From: Bilabrum cf. latius
Taxonomy: Eukaryota
Assembly (NCBI GenBank): GCA_965178125.1
Contig: OZ237776.1
Location: forward strand, 186,001 to 250,000
Length of the DNA: 64,000 nt
Direction: 5' to 3'
Every line of letters begins with the position of its first letter. Position 1 is the stretch's first letter. The notes beneath the pieces are model-generated. The model saw only the letters and a program-made list of their open reading frames with translations. It was not told where the DNA came from and ran no database searches. This document shows positions 51,527 through 63,790 of this stretch, in pieces. Both the position numbers and the translations under genes were made by a program.

Positions 51527-51913
51527 ATGTCAGCAGGACGACCAAGGAAATATGGTAATTGGAAAAGGTATATGGAAGTATATAAAGATTATTTAATTGC
51601 AAGGAAAGCATATTTTGACCTTAAGAAGTAGTATAATCTACTCAAAACCAAAAAGGAAGAAACTGAGGAGCACATAGAATTATTGCTTGAGATAGGACAA
51701 CAGATTTGTCCGGTGAATGGAGGTAAAATATATACTTAGTGGAAATTGTTGTCAAGTGATGTAAGAGTATTGCGGAATTCTATTAATCCAAAACGAAGGA
51801 GTTACAAACATAGGTTCTAGAGGAAATGGAAAAGTCCCCACAAAATCTAGAAACTGTTTAAGTCATTCAAAATAAGTTTTCAACAAAAAGACAAAACACT
51901 TTAGAAAATATAA
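51527..51913 (+). CDS. 128-aa basic protein with N-terminal AT-hook-like GRPRK
   Basis: MSAGRPRKYG...; 5 TAG; ends at TAA 51911; AAAATTGA at 51481. Confidence 0.65.
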
Positions 51914-51936
51914 AAACATATAGTAAATACACTAAA

Positions 51937-52839
51937 ATGGCATATTTTTCTTGGAAGGAAACTACAAAATCATCACCTATCGCATATGACACTCACGGAA
52001 AACGTATTTTATACACAGCGGAAAACACAGACAACCAATTTGGAGATGATAGTGTTACATTCTAGGATTTTCAAGTATCATCACTTACAGGGAAACGATT
52101 TCCGCAGAGGAAAATGGATTTATTAGCACGACACTTAATCAAACAGGTCGAACCCCTAGACGAAGACATCAAATACTTGTATGAAAAAGCATAGGAAAAG
52201 AAACATAAAGAGATTACATTAAAATAGGGTGAATTCCAATCATTACCAAATTTAAACGGAAGAGAGGTAATATATATCACCGCACCATCAGGTGCTGGGA
52301 AGTCTACTTGGGTTTCCAAGTATGCTAAGAAGTATCATAGAATGTTTCCAAACAGGAGAATTATTTTATTTTCACGAGTATAGTAGGATAAAGTCTTAGA
52401 TGAAGTGAAAGGACTGAAAAGGATTATTTTAAATGAGGAACTGGTGGAGAACCCGATTGATATTCATTAGGAATTAAGGGACGCCTTAGTAATCTTGGAT
52501 GATATTGATACAATCAAAGATAAGAAGTTAAGGGAAGCCCTCAATCATTTACAGGATGAAATATTATAGGTTGGTCGCCACTCAAATACTTCAGTATTAA
52601 TCACAAGTCATTTATCCACCAACTATAAAAGTACCCGTATTATTCTTGCGGAAAGTCATAAGTTCGTTATATTCCCTTAGTGTTCTTCCGCACATTCTCT
52701 AAGGTATTTACTAAAAAATTATATTGGACTTGAGAAACAAGAAATCTCTAAAGTCCTAAAAATGCCTTCTCGGTGGGTTTGTGTTCATAGGAATTACCCG
52801 AGGTATTTAATTGGAGAAAGGTAGGCTTACCTTCTATAA
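51937..52839 (+). CDS. FtsK-HerA family genome-packaging ATPase, 300 aa
   Basis: IYITAPSGAGKST (Walker A), LVILDDID (Walker B), GRH..TSVLITSH, SRWV...NYP; 9 TAG; ends at TAA. Confidence 0.95.
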
Positions 52840-52868
52840 TTTTGGTCAAACTTGTTATAAAAGTTTCT

Positions 52869-53108
52869 TTAAATAATATTCTATTCTCTTATATACCGAC
52901 TTGCTTGAGGTAAACTCATACCAGTCTACTACATCACCATTTTTACAAGTTTATTGCGGCGTTTCATTTTGGCGCTCACTTTCCGCTTAGGCTTACTACG
53001 GCCTTTCCCAACTTTAATATGATGGTTTTTAACTCTATTTAAAGCGTCTTGTTCTTTCTATAGCGCGAGTTGTTTGGTTCTCTATATAATCCACTTATCA
53101 ATATCCAT
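52869..53108 (-). CDS. 79-aa basic putative core/DNA-condensing protein
   Basis: RNKLVKMVMQQTGMSLPQASRYIRE resembles a short helical motif I recall from virophage core-like proteins; 5 TAG; ends at TAA. Confidence 0.7.
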
Positions 53109-53171
53109 TATACTATACACAAACACTTTTTTTTATTTTTTGGTCAAGCTTTTTATAAAAGCTTATAGTAA

Positions 53172-54434
53172 ATGAAAACTGCTAAAGTGAATGCTCTTAT
53201 TCAGCAAGCCCTAGAGAGGGAACTGGACAATGCTAAAATGTTAGATTTACAGGCAAGGGACGACGTAGATTTAGAAACAGAATATAGTGATTTTATAAGG
53301 AAAAGGGCAAAAATTGAACGATTAAAAGAAAGTGGAAGGTATGGAACTCCAGCGTAGAGAAAATAGGCAGACCAAAGCAACGAGGAAATCATATCTAAAT
53401 CAATATCTGGTATAATGAAAGGTATTATTGAGGGAAAGAACGTGTAGCCAGCCGTGAAAGCGTTAAAGGATTTTGTTGGTAATATCAATATGTCTCCACA
53501 AATGAAGCAACAACTCGCCCGTCAATACGTTAACATAGAGAGGTTTCAAAGGAAAGGATACGAAGGACTGCAGAGAGTTCCAGCTGAGGATAGAAAACAA
53601 CTCTTAGAATTAGGAAAAGTTATTTAGGACGCATCCGGAAAAAGAATACCGTAGGGAATGTTGGGAATTGATTTCCAGCAAACACCTATGAGAACACCAA
53701 CAACTAACACATTTCAAGAAGATTTTGGAGAATTAGAAAATTCTACAGAGAGTTTAAACAGGAGATAGAGAGGTCAAATTTTACGACGAGCACGCGAAAG
53801 GATTTCCAAAGGACAACCACTTTCATAGCAACAAAGTAGGATATTGGAAGAAGAATAGGGACAATAGTTCTCACGGAGAACTGATGGACAACAATCTTTA
53901 CTTCAACATTTTCCAGAACAGAGTGGGTCATCCAAAAGTAAAACTAGCGAAGTGGATGATTTATTAAGGAGCATACAAGGAGAAGAAAGGGGGCAAGCTA
54001 TTGACGACGACGACACAACAACAGAAAAAGTCACCTCAGTTGCTTGGAAAAGTCCCGCAAGACCACCCGGGTTTTGGGAAGGTTCGCCGATGTTTAAAAA
54101 AAGAGAGGGAAAACGATACAGACCCGAGGGAGGTCCAACGGAAAGGCCGAAAATGGACTTGGGAAAACGGGCAAGCAAACCTGTAGAACGTTTTACCGGA
54201 TTTTCTCCACCGCACGGAATAGCACAACCTGGTTCTATGTCTGTAAAAGAAAGTAGAATACCGATAGGAAAACCAAGAGGGAAAAAGAAGAAGAAGACCG
54301 GAAAAGGATTACGAGGTGGAAAAAGGATTATCTATGATACAGCAATGAATGTAGCCAAGAAAGTAAAAGGAACCACTAAAGATATTCATCATTAGGTTGC
54401 TATGGAACTATTACATCTTTTAGGAAAAGATTGA
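53172..54434 (+). CDS. 420-aa hypothetical virophage protein with basic C-terminus
   Basis: ORF pieces 53172-53357 and 53952-54395 join through many TAGs; ends at TGA; TATAGTAA precedes the ATG. Confidence 0.8.
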
Positions 54435-54474
54435 CGCAACCTGATAAAAATTATTTCTGTGGATATACTATAAA

Positions 54475-54966
54475 ATGTCAGTTTCAAATCTTCTATCTAA
54501 GAACAGTCTAGACCTTATGTCTCAAACTATTACGTGTAATGTTGTGAGTAGCGACGCAATTAAAGTGTCCGCAATTACTAACTCTACGGGAGCAGTCATA
54601 GGCAATCCAAGTATTGAGTTCACGGACGGAGAACCATATATGGCGTGGGGAGACACAGTTTTACGATTTGGGAAAAACGGAGCGTCTGCTGGTTGTCAGT
54701 TCAGTATGAGCGAAGAAGGAGAAAGATGCGATATTTCACTAGTTGGTTCATTCAAGACTTCTCAAGAGGGTGTCGTTGGGCTGAGTGAGGTTGCTGGAGC
54801 AACGCTTGCTGATGCTTCTGTCCCAATTAATACGTCACCAGAGCGAAAGTTCAAGGGGGCTTTAGTGTATAATGGAAGCGACAACGATGTCTATGTGGCG
54901 ATTGGCAGTTCTTCTACATCTAGTTGGAAATCCTTAGTGTCAGGTTCACTTATTACACCATCTTAA
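54475..54966 (+). CDS. 163-aa putative fibre/virion protein
   Basis: Uninterrupted ORF with MSVSNLL N-terminus, beta-rich, directly upstream of the penton; ends at TAA. Confidence 0.7.
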   Translation: MSVSNLLSKNSLDLMSQTITCNVVSSDAIKVSAITNSTGAVIGNPSIEFTDGEPYMAWGDTVLRFGKNGASAGCQFSMSEEGERCDISLVGSFKTSQEGVVGLSEVAGATLADASVPINTSPERKFKGALVYNGSDNDVYVAIGSSSTSSWKSLVSGSLITPS

Positions 54967-55022
54967 TTATACTTTAGAAAAGTAATCAAACCCACCCCAT
55001 AATTATAAGCCTCTATAGTAAA

Positions 55023-56132
55023 ATGAGTTCTCCAGACCGATTTTACATTACCGCAAACATACGAAATAACGAAGATACTTTCCAACCAGCGACCTATAGC
55101 GAAACCCGCAAGTAGCCATTATTAGATAAGGATGTTGGTGATTATACGATGTCAGTGTTCAGGTTTTCCATAAGCACCAATTCAATACCTTTATGGGTTC
55201 CACACATAGAAACCGATAAAGTGAAAAATCCATCTTCAAATCCTAATCAAACGGTGTATAGAATAAGCATTACAGATGAAAGTGGAGTACAATTATGGAC
55301 GGAAAGTATTATATGGAGACCCTAGTTAACAGGGGAAAACCAACCATCTTTTTCCAATCCTATGTAGTTTGTTCCTTATTATTATATGTATTCCGTGTAG
55401 CATTTTGTTGATTTATTCAACGAAACCATATAGAATGCTTTATCAGCGGATATTACATCAGTTCCGGTTTTACTCTTTAAAGATGGAAAGTTCAGTTTAG
55501 TAGCAAATCCCGATTACGACGAGGAAAACTCAGGACAAAAATTTAAATTAGTGTTGAATGAAGCCCTTAACGAACTGATGACGGGTTTTCCTATGGAACG
55601 AATGGATATCCAAGATGACGACTTATACGCCAGTATTCTATTCAAAACCCTAGGAACCAATGTTTTATTCGATGATGGCTCTTCTGTTGGAAAATATGAA
55701 CCTTAGGCATACTTCGAGGGAAACCCAACGGGAGACTACAGATTAATGATGACCTAGGAACGAGGGAGTTTAGTGTAGTTTTAGATTTTTCGCGGAATAG
55801 TTTTCACATCTTCAAGTCTTCCAGTGAGGAGTGAGGCAATATCCTAGAAATCCGCCTATGGACAATCCACAAATACAGATTAGAATTCAGGTTCAGGGAC
55901 CGAGAGTTTATTAGTGGATATGGACTGTGTATTAGATGACACTGAAACAGTTAATTAGTAGGTTCTTCAATACCAGCCCCATATTCTCCACGAAATTGAT
56001 TTTTTAGATACACATTCAGTAGATAGGATTTAGTTTAATCTTTATTGGAAAGATAATTATTCAAATCTAAGACCTCTTTATTTACGCCACGGAAGTGTGA
56101 GTGTGAAGTTTTTAATTTAGAAACGGAAGTGA
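55023..56132 (+). CDS. Minor capsid protein (penton), 369 aa
   Basis: ETR.QP, YTMSVFRF, IPLWVP, IWRPQ, YYYMYSVQHF, MTQE, IVFTSSSLPV, LYWKD...KFL; only TAG interruptions; ends at TGA. Confidence 0.92.
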
Positions 56133-56237
56133 AATTAGTTTTGTATTACTTTTATGAAGAAACGAGTTTGCGTTCTTTTCTAAAGAACTGAGTGATAGAA
56201 TTTTATTCGTTGTATATAATATACAAGGAAAACAAAA

Positions 56238-58004
56238 ATGTCATTGAATACCTTTGCCCTTCAGCCAGTCAAAGTATCACCCGCAACACTAGATGTACAA
56301 CCGAAGCCGTATGAAGTTCAAGAAGGTTATGAGAACCGGACTTTCCGTAAATATAACCCCTCCGGGTCTGCCGGAAACTACAACAGCGGGGTCAACTGGA
56401 ATATTAGTATGCCTTCAGGTGTAGGTTTGTGCCGTCGTGCCTATGTCTCGTGCCGATTTTCTATCACCTTTTCCGTGAATAATCAAACCGCAGGTGGTCT
56501 AGCACCCTTTAGACCAGATTACGATGCTCCACGCTCCTATCCACTTAATCGCTCCATCGCAACATAGACAGTTGGCATTAATAACCTTCGCTATACCCAG
56601 AACAACGGCGAACTAATGGACGCTCTGTCCCATTTACTAGATGATGATGTCCACCGTGTGAATTGCCTTGATAGTGTGTATAGACGCGATAATGTGCCTT
56701 CATACGCGATGATGAGTTAGTCTACGAATAACGCTCTTGCTTCGTATGAGGACGTGCTTTAGGACCAACCAGCCCGAGGAAGTGGATTTTACAATTTGTA
56801 TCAAATGGATAATACTGATGTACCCGCAGGTCAAACTCAAAATCGTGTTCTTGTTTTTGAATGCACTGAGGCGGTATTATGTCCACCTTTCCACTACGAA
56901 AGTAAATAGGAACAAACGGCTATATACGGAATTCAAACACTCTCCTTAAATATTAATTGGTCTCAACTGAGTAGAACCGTGTGGTCTCGTATTCCACAAT
57001 AGGGCTTAACTGCTACCATTTAGTCGGTAGATGTCCAAGAACCAGTCCTATACCTTGAATAGATTACACCTAAAACAGGATTTGTGCTTCCTAAATAGGT
57101 CTCGTATGATATTTTTGAGATGACTTCGTATACCCAAAGTCATAGTCCAACAATTGCCGCAGGTACTACAGCAACTCTTTACAATAACAATATTAAGCTT
57201 AGTAATTCAGTTCCAAGTCGTTTATTTGTGTTTGCCCGTCGCTCACCTACAACCCTTTCAGTAGATTAGGGAAACACATTCATGGCAATTGATGGAATTA
57301 GTATAGAGATGAATAACCATAGTGGATTACTCGCCGACGCATCGCCACAGCAGTTATGGGACTTATCCAGAAGCAACGGACTTGAATAGCAATATAATGA
57401 ATGGGCTATGCGTAAATTCGGGGATAGGGTGCTATCAGGTGGTCTGTTATGTATTGACCCCGCCAAGGACTTAAGCTTAGATGTGGATTAGACAAATGGT
57501 AGCAACGGGTCTAACCAACTGTCTATAACCCTACGAGTGAAGAATAATGATGATGTGGGCTACGATAATGTGTAGTGTGTTGTGATTGGATTATACGAAG
57601 GAGTATTAAATTTGATTGATGGGTCTAAGTTCGAGTATTAGCAGGGTGTCATCTCACGGGCAGATGTTCTTTCCGCCTCTAAATTACCCGTAGTATATGA
57701 AAGTCAATTAAGCGGACTACACGGTAGGGGTCTTGGTAAAAAGATTAGACACGCCTTAAAAAAGTTCGCACACAAAACCGCTGATTGGGTAAAGAAAGGC
57801 AATCTCAAAAAAGTATTAAAGGATGGTAAGTAGGTATTTGACACCGCTAAAATGGTGGGTGAAATGGCTGGAATGGGTCGCCAAAGGAAACCCCGAAAAA
57901 CTACCAAGAAAGGCAAGGGCTTAACAGGTGCCAAGTTAGGCTCGGGCTTAACAGGTGGGAAATCTTTATCTCGTAACCAACTACTCGCAATGTTGTAGCA
58001 GTGA
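56238..58004 (+). CDS. Virophage major capsid protein (double jelly-roll), 588 aa
   Basis: SYPL...INN, NNALASY, ARG, YGIQTL, ISIEMNNHSGLL...QLW..S..NG; Gly-rich C-terminal extension; about 15 in-frame TAG; ends at TGA. Confidence 0.95.
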
Positions 58005-58059
58005 ATATGAAAAGGGTAAACCAATAAATATTTGTCTTGGTATATAGTATATCAAAACA

Positions 58060-58677
58060 ATGTCAGTATCAACTGCTGTAATGGTTGCTGGGACTTTAGC
58101 CCCTTTAGCTTATACAGGAAGCAAGTGTCTGTATTCTTGGTGGACGAAAGACGGAACTTAGAAACAGAAATCGTGCGTGGTTGTTCCAAAAGGAAGCGGT
58201 AAAACTACGTTATGTCGTTCCCTAGAAGCGGTGGATAAGGATACGCTAATTATTGATTTAGACGAGTGTGTAAATGCTCAAATTTCAGGACAGGAAAAGC
58301 AAAAGATGGAGAAAATGTTGGTTGACGGTGATGAAAGTACCCACCGCCTCTTTTATTATTCCCAATCAAGATTAGTGTATGAAAAAATTAAAGCGGATTG
58401 GCTCACGAAGAAATCCAGACGTTTAATTGTTATGGTTGGTTCGTTGGAATTAGCGAAAGATTTATTTAAGGAAAGTTCAATTTTTGTGTGTGTGCCTTCT
58501 CACAGTCTTTTTGAGGAAATCCGTGAAGGGAAAAAATCGGGGGACTTATTGTCTGTGGAACGCTCAAGAACGAATTTAATCGCTGGATTACATTAGAGTT
58601 AGTACTGTGTCTATTCATCCTTTTAGCAACTGGAGGAATTCGTCCGGAAAACCTTCGGTCTTGGAAGTCGTCTATGA
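58060..58677 (+). CDS. 205-aa P-loop NTPase/kinase-like protein
   Basis: VVVPKGSGKTT, IIDLDE; hydrophobic N-terminus; 4 TAG; ends at TGA. Confidence 0.8.
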
Positions 58678-58702
58678 GTTTTTTAATACAAGCCTATACT
58701 AA

Positions 58703-59908
58703 ATGGATAGTTTTTATACACTTAGTGGCGGAAAAATGAATTCTGGTTTTGTTAAGACGTACATTAGTGTGAAAGAACCAAAGAGTAAAACAACAAGGAC
58801 TTGGAGAAGTGAATATCCTTATTCTAAAGAAGCTCTTGAAAAAGCAATTAAGTTTGAAGATGGTCTGGGAACAAAAGGAAAACCCAAAAAGAAATCCAAG
58901 AAGAAATCCACACAATCCAACACACTTCATAAATATTTAAAAGATGGTTTGCGAAGCACCCCCTCTCGGCGCAGTTAGCTGGCGCAACAGCTTAAAGGTG
59001 GAGTAGTGTATGGAAATACAAACGAAGTCCAGAGAAATCTTCAACAATACGGGGATAGAACAATCATTGCTATGAAAGTAATTAGAACCCCTATTAGTGG
59101 TGCGATTAATCGGTTACTCAACTGGATAACCTTGGGAAAAATGAAAAAACTAAAAAATAAACACGGATATAATGATTTCTTCCATTTAGCCTTAGAATTG
59201 AACCTTGGAGGTGGAAAAAAGATTTATCTTGAGAAGAATGAGAGGGTTAATTTGTCCCCACGATTTTCCACCAACAAGAAAACTCAAACTATGGAAGTAA
59301 ATATTAATGGAAAACCTCAGAAAACAGTAAGGGAATTATTTGAGACCACTTTACAGAAAATTGGAGAATACAACTTTTATCAGTACCGTGCTTTTAGTCT
59401 GAACTGCCAAAAATTTATCCAAGATGTTCTGCGCACAAATGGGTTTTTGACACCACCCTTAAACCAATTTATTATGTAGGACGTAGAGAGTATTGCTAAG
59501 AGTGTATCGGGATTTACTAAGAGAGTGGCTAATGCTGCTACTGACGTCGCTGGGTATTTTTCCAAATGGTTCGGGAGAGGTTTAGATGATTTACCGGAAG
59601 ATGTCAGAAACGCCTTAATGAAAAATTAGAAAAAGCATAAGTAGAACACAGAAAGGGATTTTGGAACAGACTTTAAGGAAGGTTGGGATTTAGCAACTAA
59701 AACAGTTGGAAAACCAATTATGAAAGAAATCCATTCGCATACGAATGACCCAGTATCGGGTATGTATCTGGAATTATTTGGAGGTCAATGTCAGTGTGAA
59801 ACCAAACGTTCAAGAGTTATGAAAATGGCGTCCATTTTAAGAGGAAAAGGAATATCCAAGAAGAATGCCCTAAAACAGGCTTGGAAAATATTTGCCTACG
59901 ATACTTAA
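58703..59908 (+). CDS. 401-aa conserved virophage protein (Sputnik V21-like from recall; permuted NlpC/P60-like H...NCQ motif)
   Basis: RTPI...LN..TLG, FFHL, LEKNERVN, Y.AFSLNCQKFI, FIM[TAG]D; three ORF pieces joined by TAG; ends at TAA. Confidence 0.8.
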
Positions 59909-59944
59909 ATCTAACTCTATAGTATAATACTATAGAATACAAAA

Positions 59945-60217
59945 ATGACACTCAGTCATTCAGAAAGAAAAGAACAGGATAAGCTGTATGCCCGTGAATA
60001 CTACCGGAAAAATAAGGGAAAACTTGGCGAGTAGATACAATGCTCGTGTGGTGGCGTATATAAGAAGTACAATAAATCACATCATTGTAGAACCAAAAAA
60101 CACCTTGATTGGCTTAAAAAAGAGGAAGACACAAAAAGGGAACAAATTAACATAATGGATGAACTTGATAGTTTGCGACAGGAAATTGAGAAGCTTAAGG
60201 AAAAACAGACTATTTAA
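59945..60217 (+). CDS. 90-aa Zn-ribbon protein
   Basis: YY..NK...CSCGG.Y...NKSHH.RTKKH followed by a coiled coil; one TAG; ends at TAA. Confidence 0.85.
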
Positions 60218-60218
60218 T

Positions 60219-62060
60219 TCAATCTTTTCTAAAAAGTTTCTTCTTACTGTGAATAATTTGACATTCACCTGATTGCTCCAACTTCATACCCCCAAGGTTC
60301 GTTGATAACTTTAGAGGTAATTCTTTCTCACTAATGAAACCATCCGTATTGACATAGTGAATGTTTTCAAGATATGGCTCAATCATTTTGGACAATTTAC
60401 TTCGTCCAAGTCCAGTCAGAAAGGGGCCCATTCTTGCGTAGGCTGTTTTGTAATCGTACTCTTCGTCATATAGTATACCCGATACAAGTCGTCCAGATGC
60501 TTTAGGATACGCGTTCTTTAATTGTCTAAAATTCATACAATCACCATCTCGGAGTGTTTTTGTGATTGTGTTTTTCTAACATAGAGAACCCCAAATATTA
60601 TTTAGTATCTCCTTCGCACACTTCAATCCCTATTTTTTATAACCGTACAATCGCTCAATCATCGTTTTGAACAGTCCATTTGCCTTCACCCTTGTTGTCT
60701 CATCGTAAAGTAAAGCGTTGGCTTCACCGTCTTCAATCAGAGACACCTAAGCGCCCGTCTCAATCGCTCGGTTAATGTCATATTGGGTATAATAATTGTT
60801 TTTTCTTTTTTGTACTAATTTAGAATTGAGATTTTCAATATGTACCCTAAAAATGCCGTACGGATAGAACCCACTGGATGGTACTTTAAATTGTACGAAC
60901 TTACCCCTTCTAACCGGAAATGTAAATGTACCCTTCATAATACTTGGATAAAATGAGTTAATATCGTACTGGTATGCGTTTTTCAATGTAGTATTCTTGT
61001 TTGCCCAATTCAATCCACCACCTGATGCTCTTGAAATCCATAGTGCTTCAACTTGGTCAATCGGGTCGGCAGGGTAAAGTTTGGAAAACTTACTGAAATA
61101 CGACTTTACAAATAGGGATGTTCTAAACATAAATCGTGATAAATCCATATATCCACCCGTCTCCTTCGCTAATGCCCTTACATTTTTCATCCGTTCTTCG
61201 TGTTTTGTTCTTAGTTCTTCCTTGGACTTGACTTCAAAGATGAATTTATCCTTGGAAACTGATGTAATGCCTTCTGATTGATACTCACGGTCTCCATCAA
61301 ATAGTAAATAAGAATTCTCGGATTGATACAAGCGGGTAATTAGCGTACACGGTTCTTTAGACGGCGGTGTAAATAATTCTTTCTAACTAATGGGGGGAAC
61401 ATACTTGTAATGCCCATTTGTTAATGAAACAGTTAGAAGACGGTCAAAATGAGTTTTTCCAGATGTGTATTCAAAGTCGCCTACAACATGAATGCGTACT
61501 TGAAGTTCGTCTTCTATCTCTGGTATTCTTCTGTAATCAACGGGGTCATCACGTCCAATTTTCAAGAGTTCTTTGAGGTCGGACTTCGACAATCTTTTAA
61601 TAGTAGTTTTCCATTTGCCTTTTGCGCTCTTTACATTTACCTTACGACCAACTGAAAAAGGAAAAGCCTGTTTTATAGCGTTATATAAACAATCGTTATG
61701 TTCGTCAGCACCGCCTTCTGGTTCTGGCTTTCTAATAAGCAGTAGTTCAAAAGAATTCAATTTTCTATATTCGTCGTCATCGTCGTCTTCGTAGCCCGCC
61801 CATAAACTATCTTGATTTTCTAAATCATCTGTAGTAATCCAAGTGCTTCGTGTTCGCCAACCTGTATCTTGGTAATTGATATTCACCTTAAATTTAAAGT
61901 CATCAAACGGATTTTCACCACCATCGTCGTAATCACGAATAAATTCCAAGACATTTTTTACGGTGATAAGGTCCTCGCTCTCAAATCGCATACTCCATAT
62001 TGGTTTCCCATTAAGACGCAATTTGGTTCTTTGGGGTTCCATAAAATCGATTTCGGGCAT
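60219..62060 (-). CDS. Protein-primed family B DNA polymerase, 613 aa, with N-terminal TP-like and vOTU-like region
   Basis: YDINSFYP (motif A), K.ILNNIWG (B), YVNTDG (C); NDCLYNAI...NGHY; three pieces joined by TAG; ends at TGA. Confidence 0.92.
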
Positions 62061-62079
62061 TCTATAGTATCTAATATAT

Positions 62080-62132
62080 TATAGAATACGATAATTATTC
62101 TTAAGGTACGAACTCACTCACTTCTCAATTTT
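62080..62132 (-). promoter_or_regulatory. Putative promoter of pPolB (AAAATTGA plus a block shared with the helicase upstream region)
   Basis: Near-identical to 63791-63841. Confidence 0.65.
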
Positions 62133-63776
62133 ACAGAGGAATTTGGAAAGTTTTCCTTTTTTGCTTGGAGGGTTTTCTTTTATCCATTTTTGAATAGCGA
62201 TGCTATTCTCAACACTCAGTTGTTTCTGGATTTTCTTATGGACTTTTTCCGTCGGTGTAATCTCCTTTTCCAATTCCATCTATTCAATCGTTTCCTACTG
62301 CTATGCGACTTGTTTCTGTAGTTCTCTAATCTATTCTCGAAGAACATCCACCTCGGATTTTGCTTTTTCCATCTCAGCAGAATGACGAAGTGCCTAAAAC
62401 TTAGATTGGAAGCCTTTTAGTAAGTCTGCGTGTTTCACATTAAATTCTTGTTTTCTCTATTTGTTCATCGTTGAATGAACACCCACCTCTGACAATAGTG
62501 TTTTAATCATAGGTGTACCAAGGTTCTTCACTCTACCGTTCAGTTCCTACTTTAGATAATTGCGGAATTCCAAGACTGTCATTTTAAAATCTCTGCCTTC
62601 GTCCAGCCACTCTTCTTTTAGAATTTTTAAAACCGGATGTGCGCCATCAAGAATTCCTTTGTAAAAATTCTTTGATTTTGGTGCGAATTGTCCTGTAAAG
62701 TCTGGTGATTTATCATAGATTTCAACCAATAACATATAAAATGCCTTAGCCACTTCTGGATTTTCTGTAAAACGTTTTAGTGTTGTAAAGTATTCTTTGT
62801 CTCCTTTCTTTGATGTATTCACATCCAAAACACAATATCTACGGATTTCCTCGGTGATTTTGATTGGACTATCATTCGTATCAATAATTAGATTGAATGT
62901 ATTCGGACGACTTTCGGATTTGACAAACTTCTCATTACAGGAAAAGTGTTTTTCCGTAATAAGATTTCTTAGTGTTGCCTACATGGCGTCCCAAATAGTT
63001 GGCGAGGCTTTTGGAATTTCATTAAAATTGACTAATAGTTTCCCGTCCAGAATTGAGTTGAAGGCGTCGGGTTGAAGCATCTTGTGTGTAAGCGTCTATA
63101 GTGTAAGGGTATATCCGAGTAGTTTTCTCATAAGGAAGGTAATAATCATCGATTTACCAGTTCCTTGTGGAGATTTCAAATATAGTGCTGTTCCCAACTT
63201 CTTTCCGCCCACAATAACGTGAGCCAACCATTTCATCACAAAATCACACTATTCTTTGTCTTCTGAAGTCCACACCTTCTGGATATGTTCATAAATCATA
63301 GTCGCGCCTGCTTTTGCGTCTTCGGATAAATCCTCTATGTTTCCACAGTTTTCCCGTGTAAGTATAGGTGAACCCATAACGTTAATTGTTTGATTGTCGT
63401 AATCCACGGTAGGTGAATTAAATTTTCTTACAATCGTAAATACGTCGGTATTCTCATTTAAGAACCAGTCTCGTGCTGACCAAGTCTTTACTCTTTTGTT
63501 GCCCACAATCGCGTAAATACAGTGTCCCCCAATCAGGTAATTTTCAGTAATATTTTTATTCGTAAGGAACTACCAGACTGGTTTCTGGGGTTCGTCATCA
63601 CTTATGTTATTCCGATTTAATTCAGATGCTATTAGAAAATACACCCCGCCACCTTGCTCGTGGGTGCGGTAGAAGTATTGTCTAAGGTATTGAATACATT
63701 CCTCTTGTTTTCCGGCATTACATAGGTCCATAAGGCTTTTTGACGAATACGCTTTAGTCGGCAGAGTGAATGACAT
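62118..63776 (-). CDS. Superfamily 3 (D5-like) helicase, 552 aa, C-terminal coiled coil
   Basis: LYLKSPQGTGKS (Walker A), LLVNFNE (B), IIDTN (C), RRY; only TAG interruptions; ends at TGA. Confidence 0.92.
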
Positions 63777-63790
63777 TTTTGTTGTTGTAC

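Noticed and set aside
51937-52839. TAG=Glu (some ATPase sites such as IL*VGRH and ER*AY would suit E), pyrrolysine, or leaky readthrough
   Set aside because: The protease oxyanion site and five paralog-aligned host sites indicate Gln. Up to ~15 TAGs per gene, including tandem TAGTAG, is incompatible with leaky readthrough.
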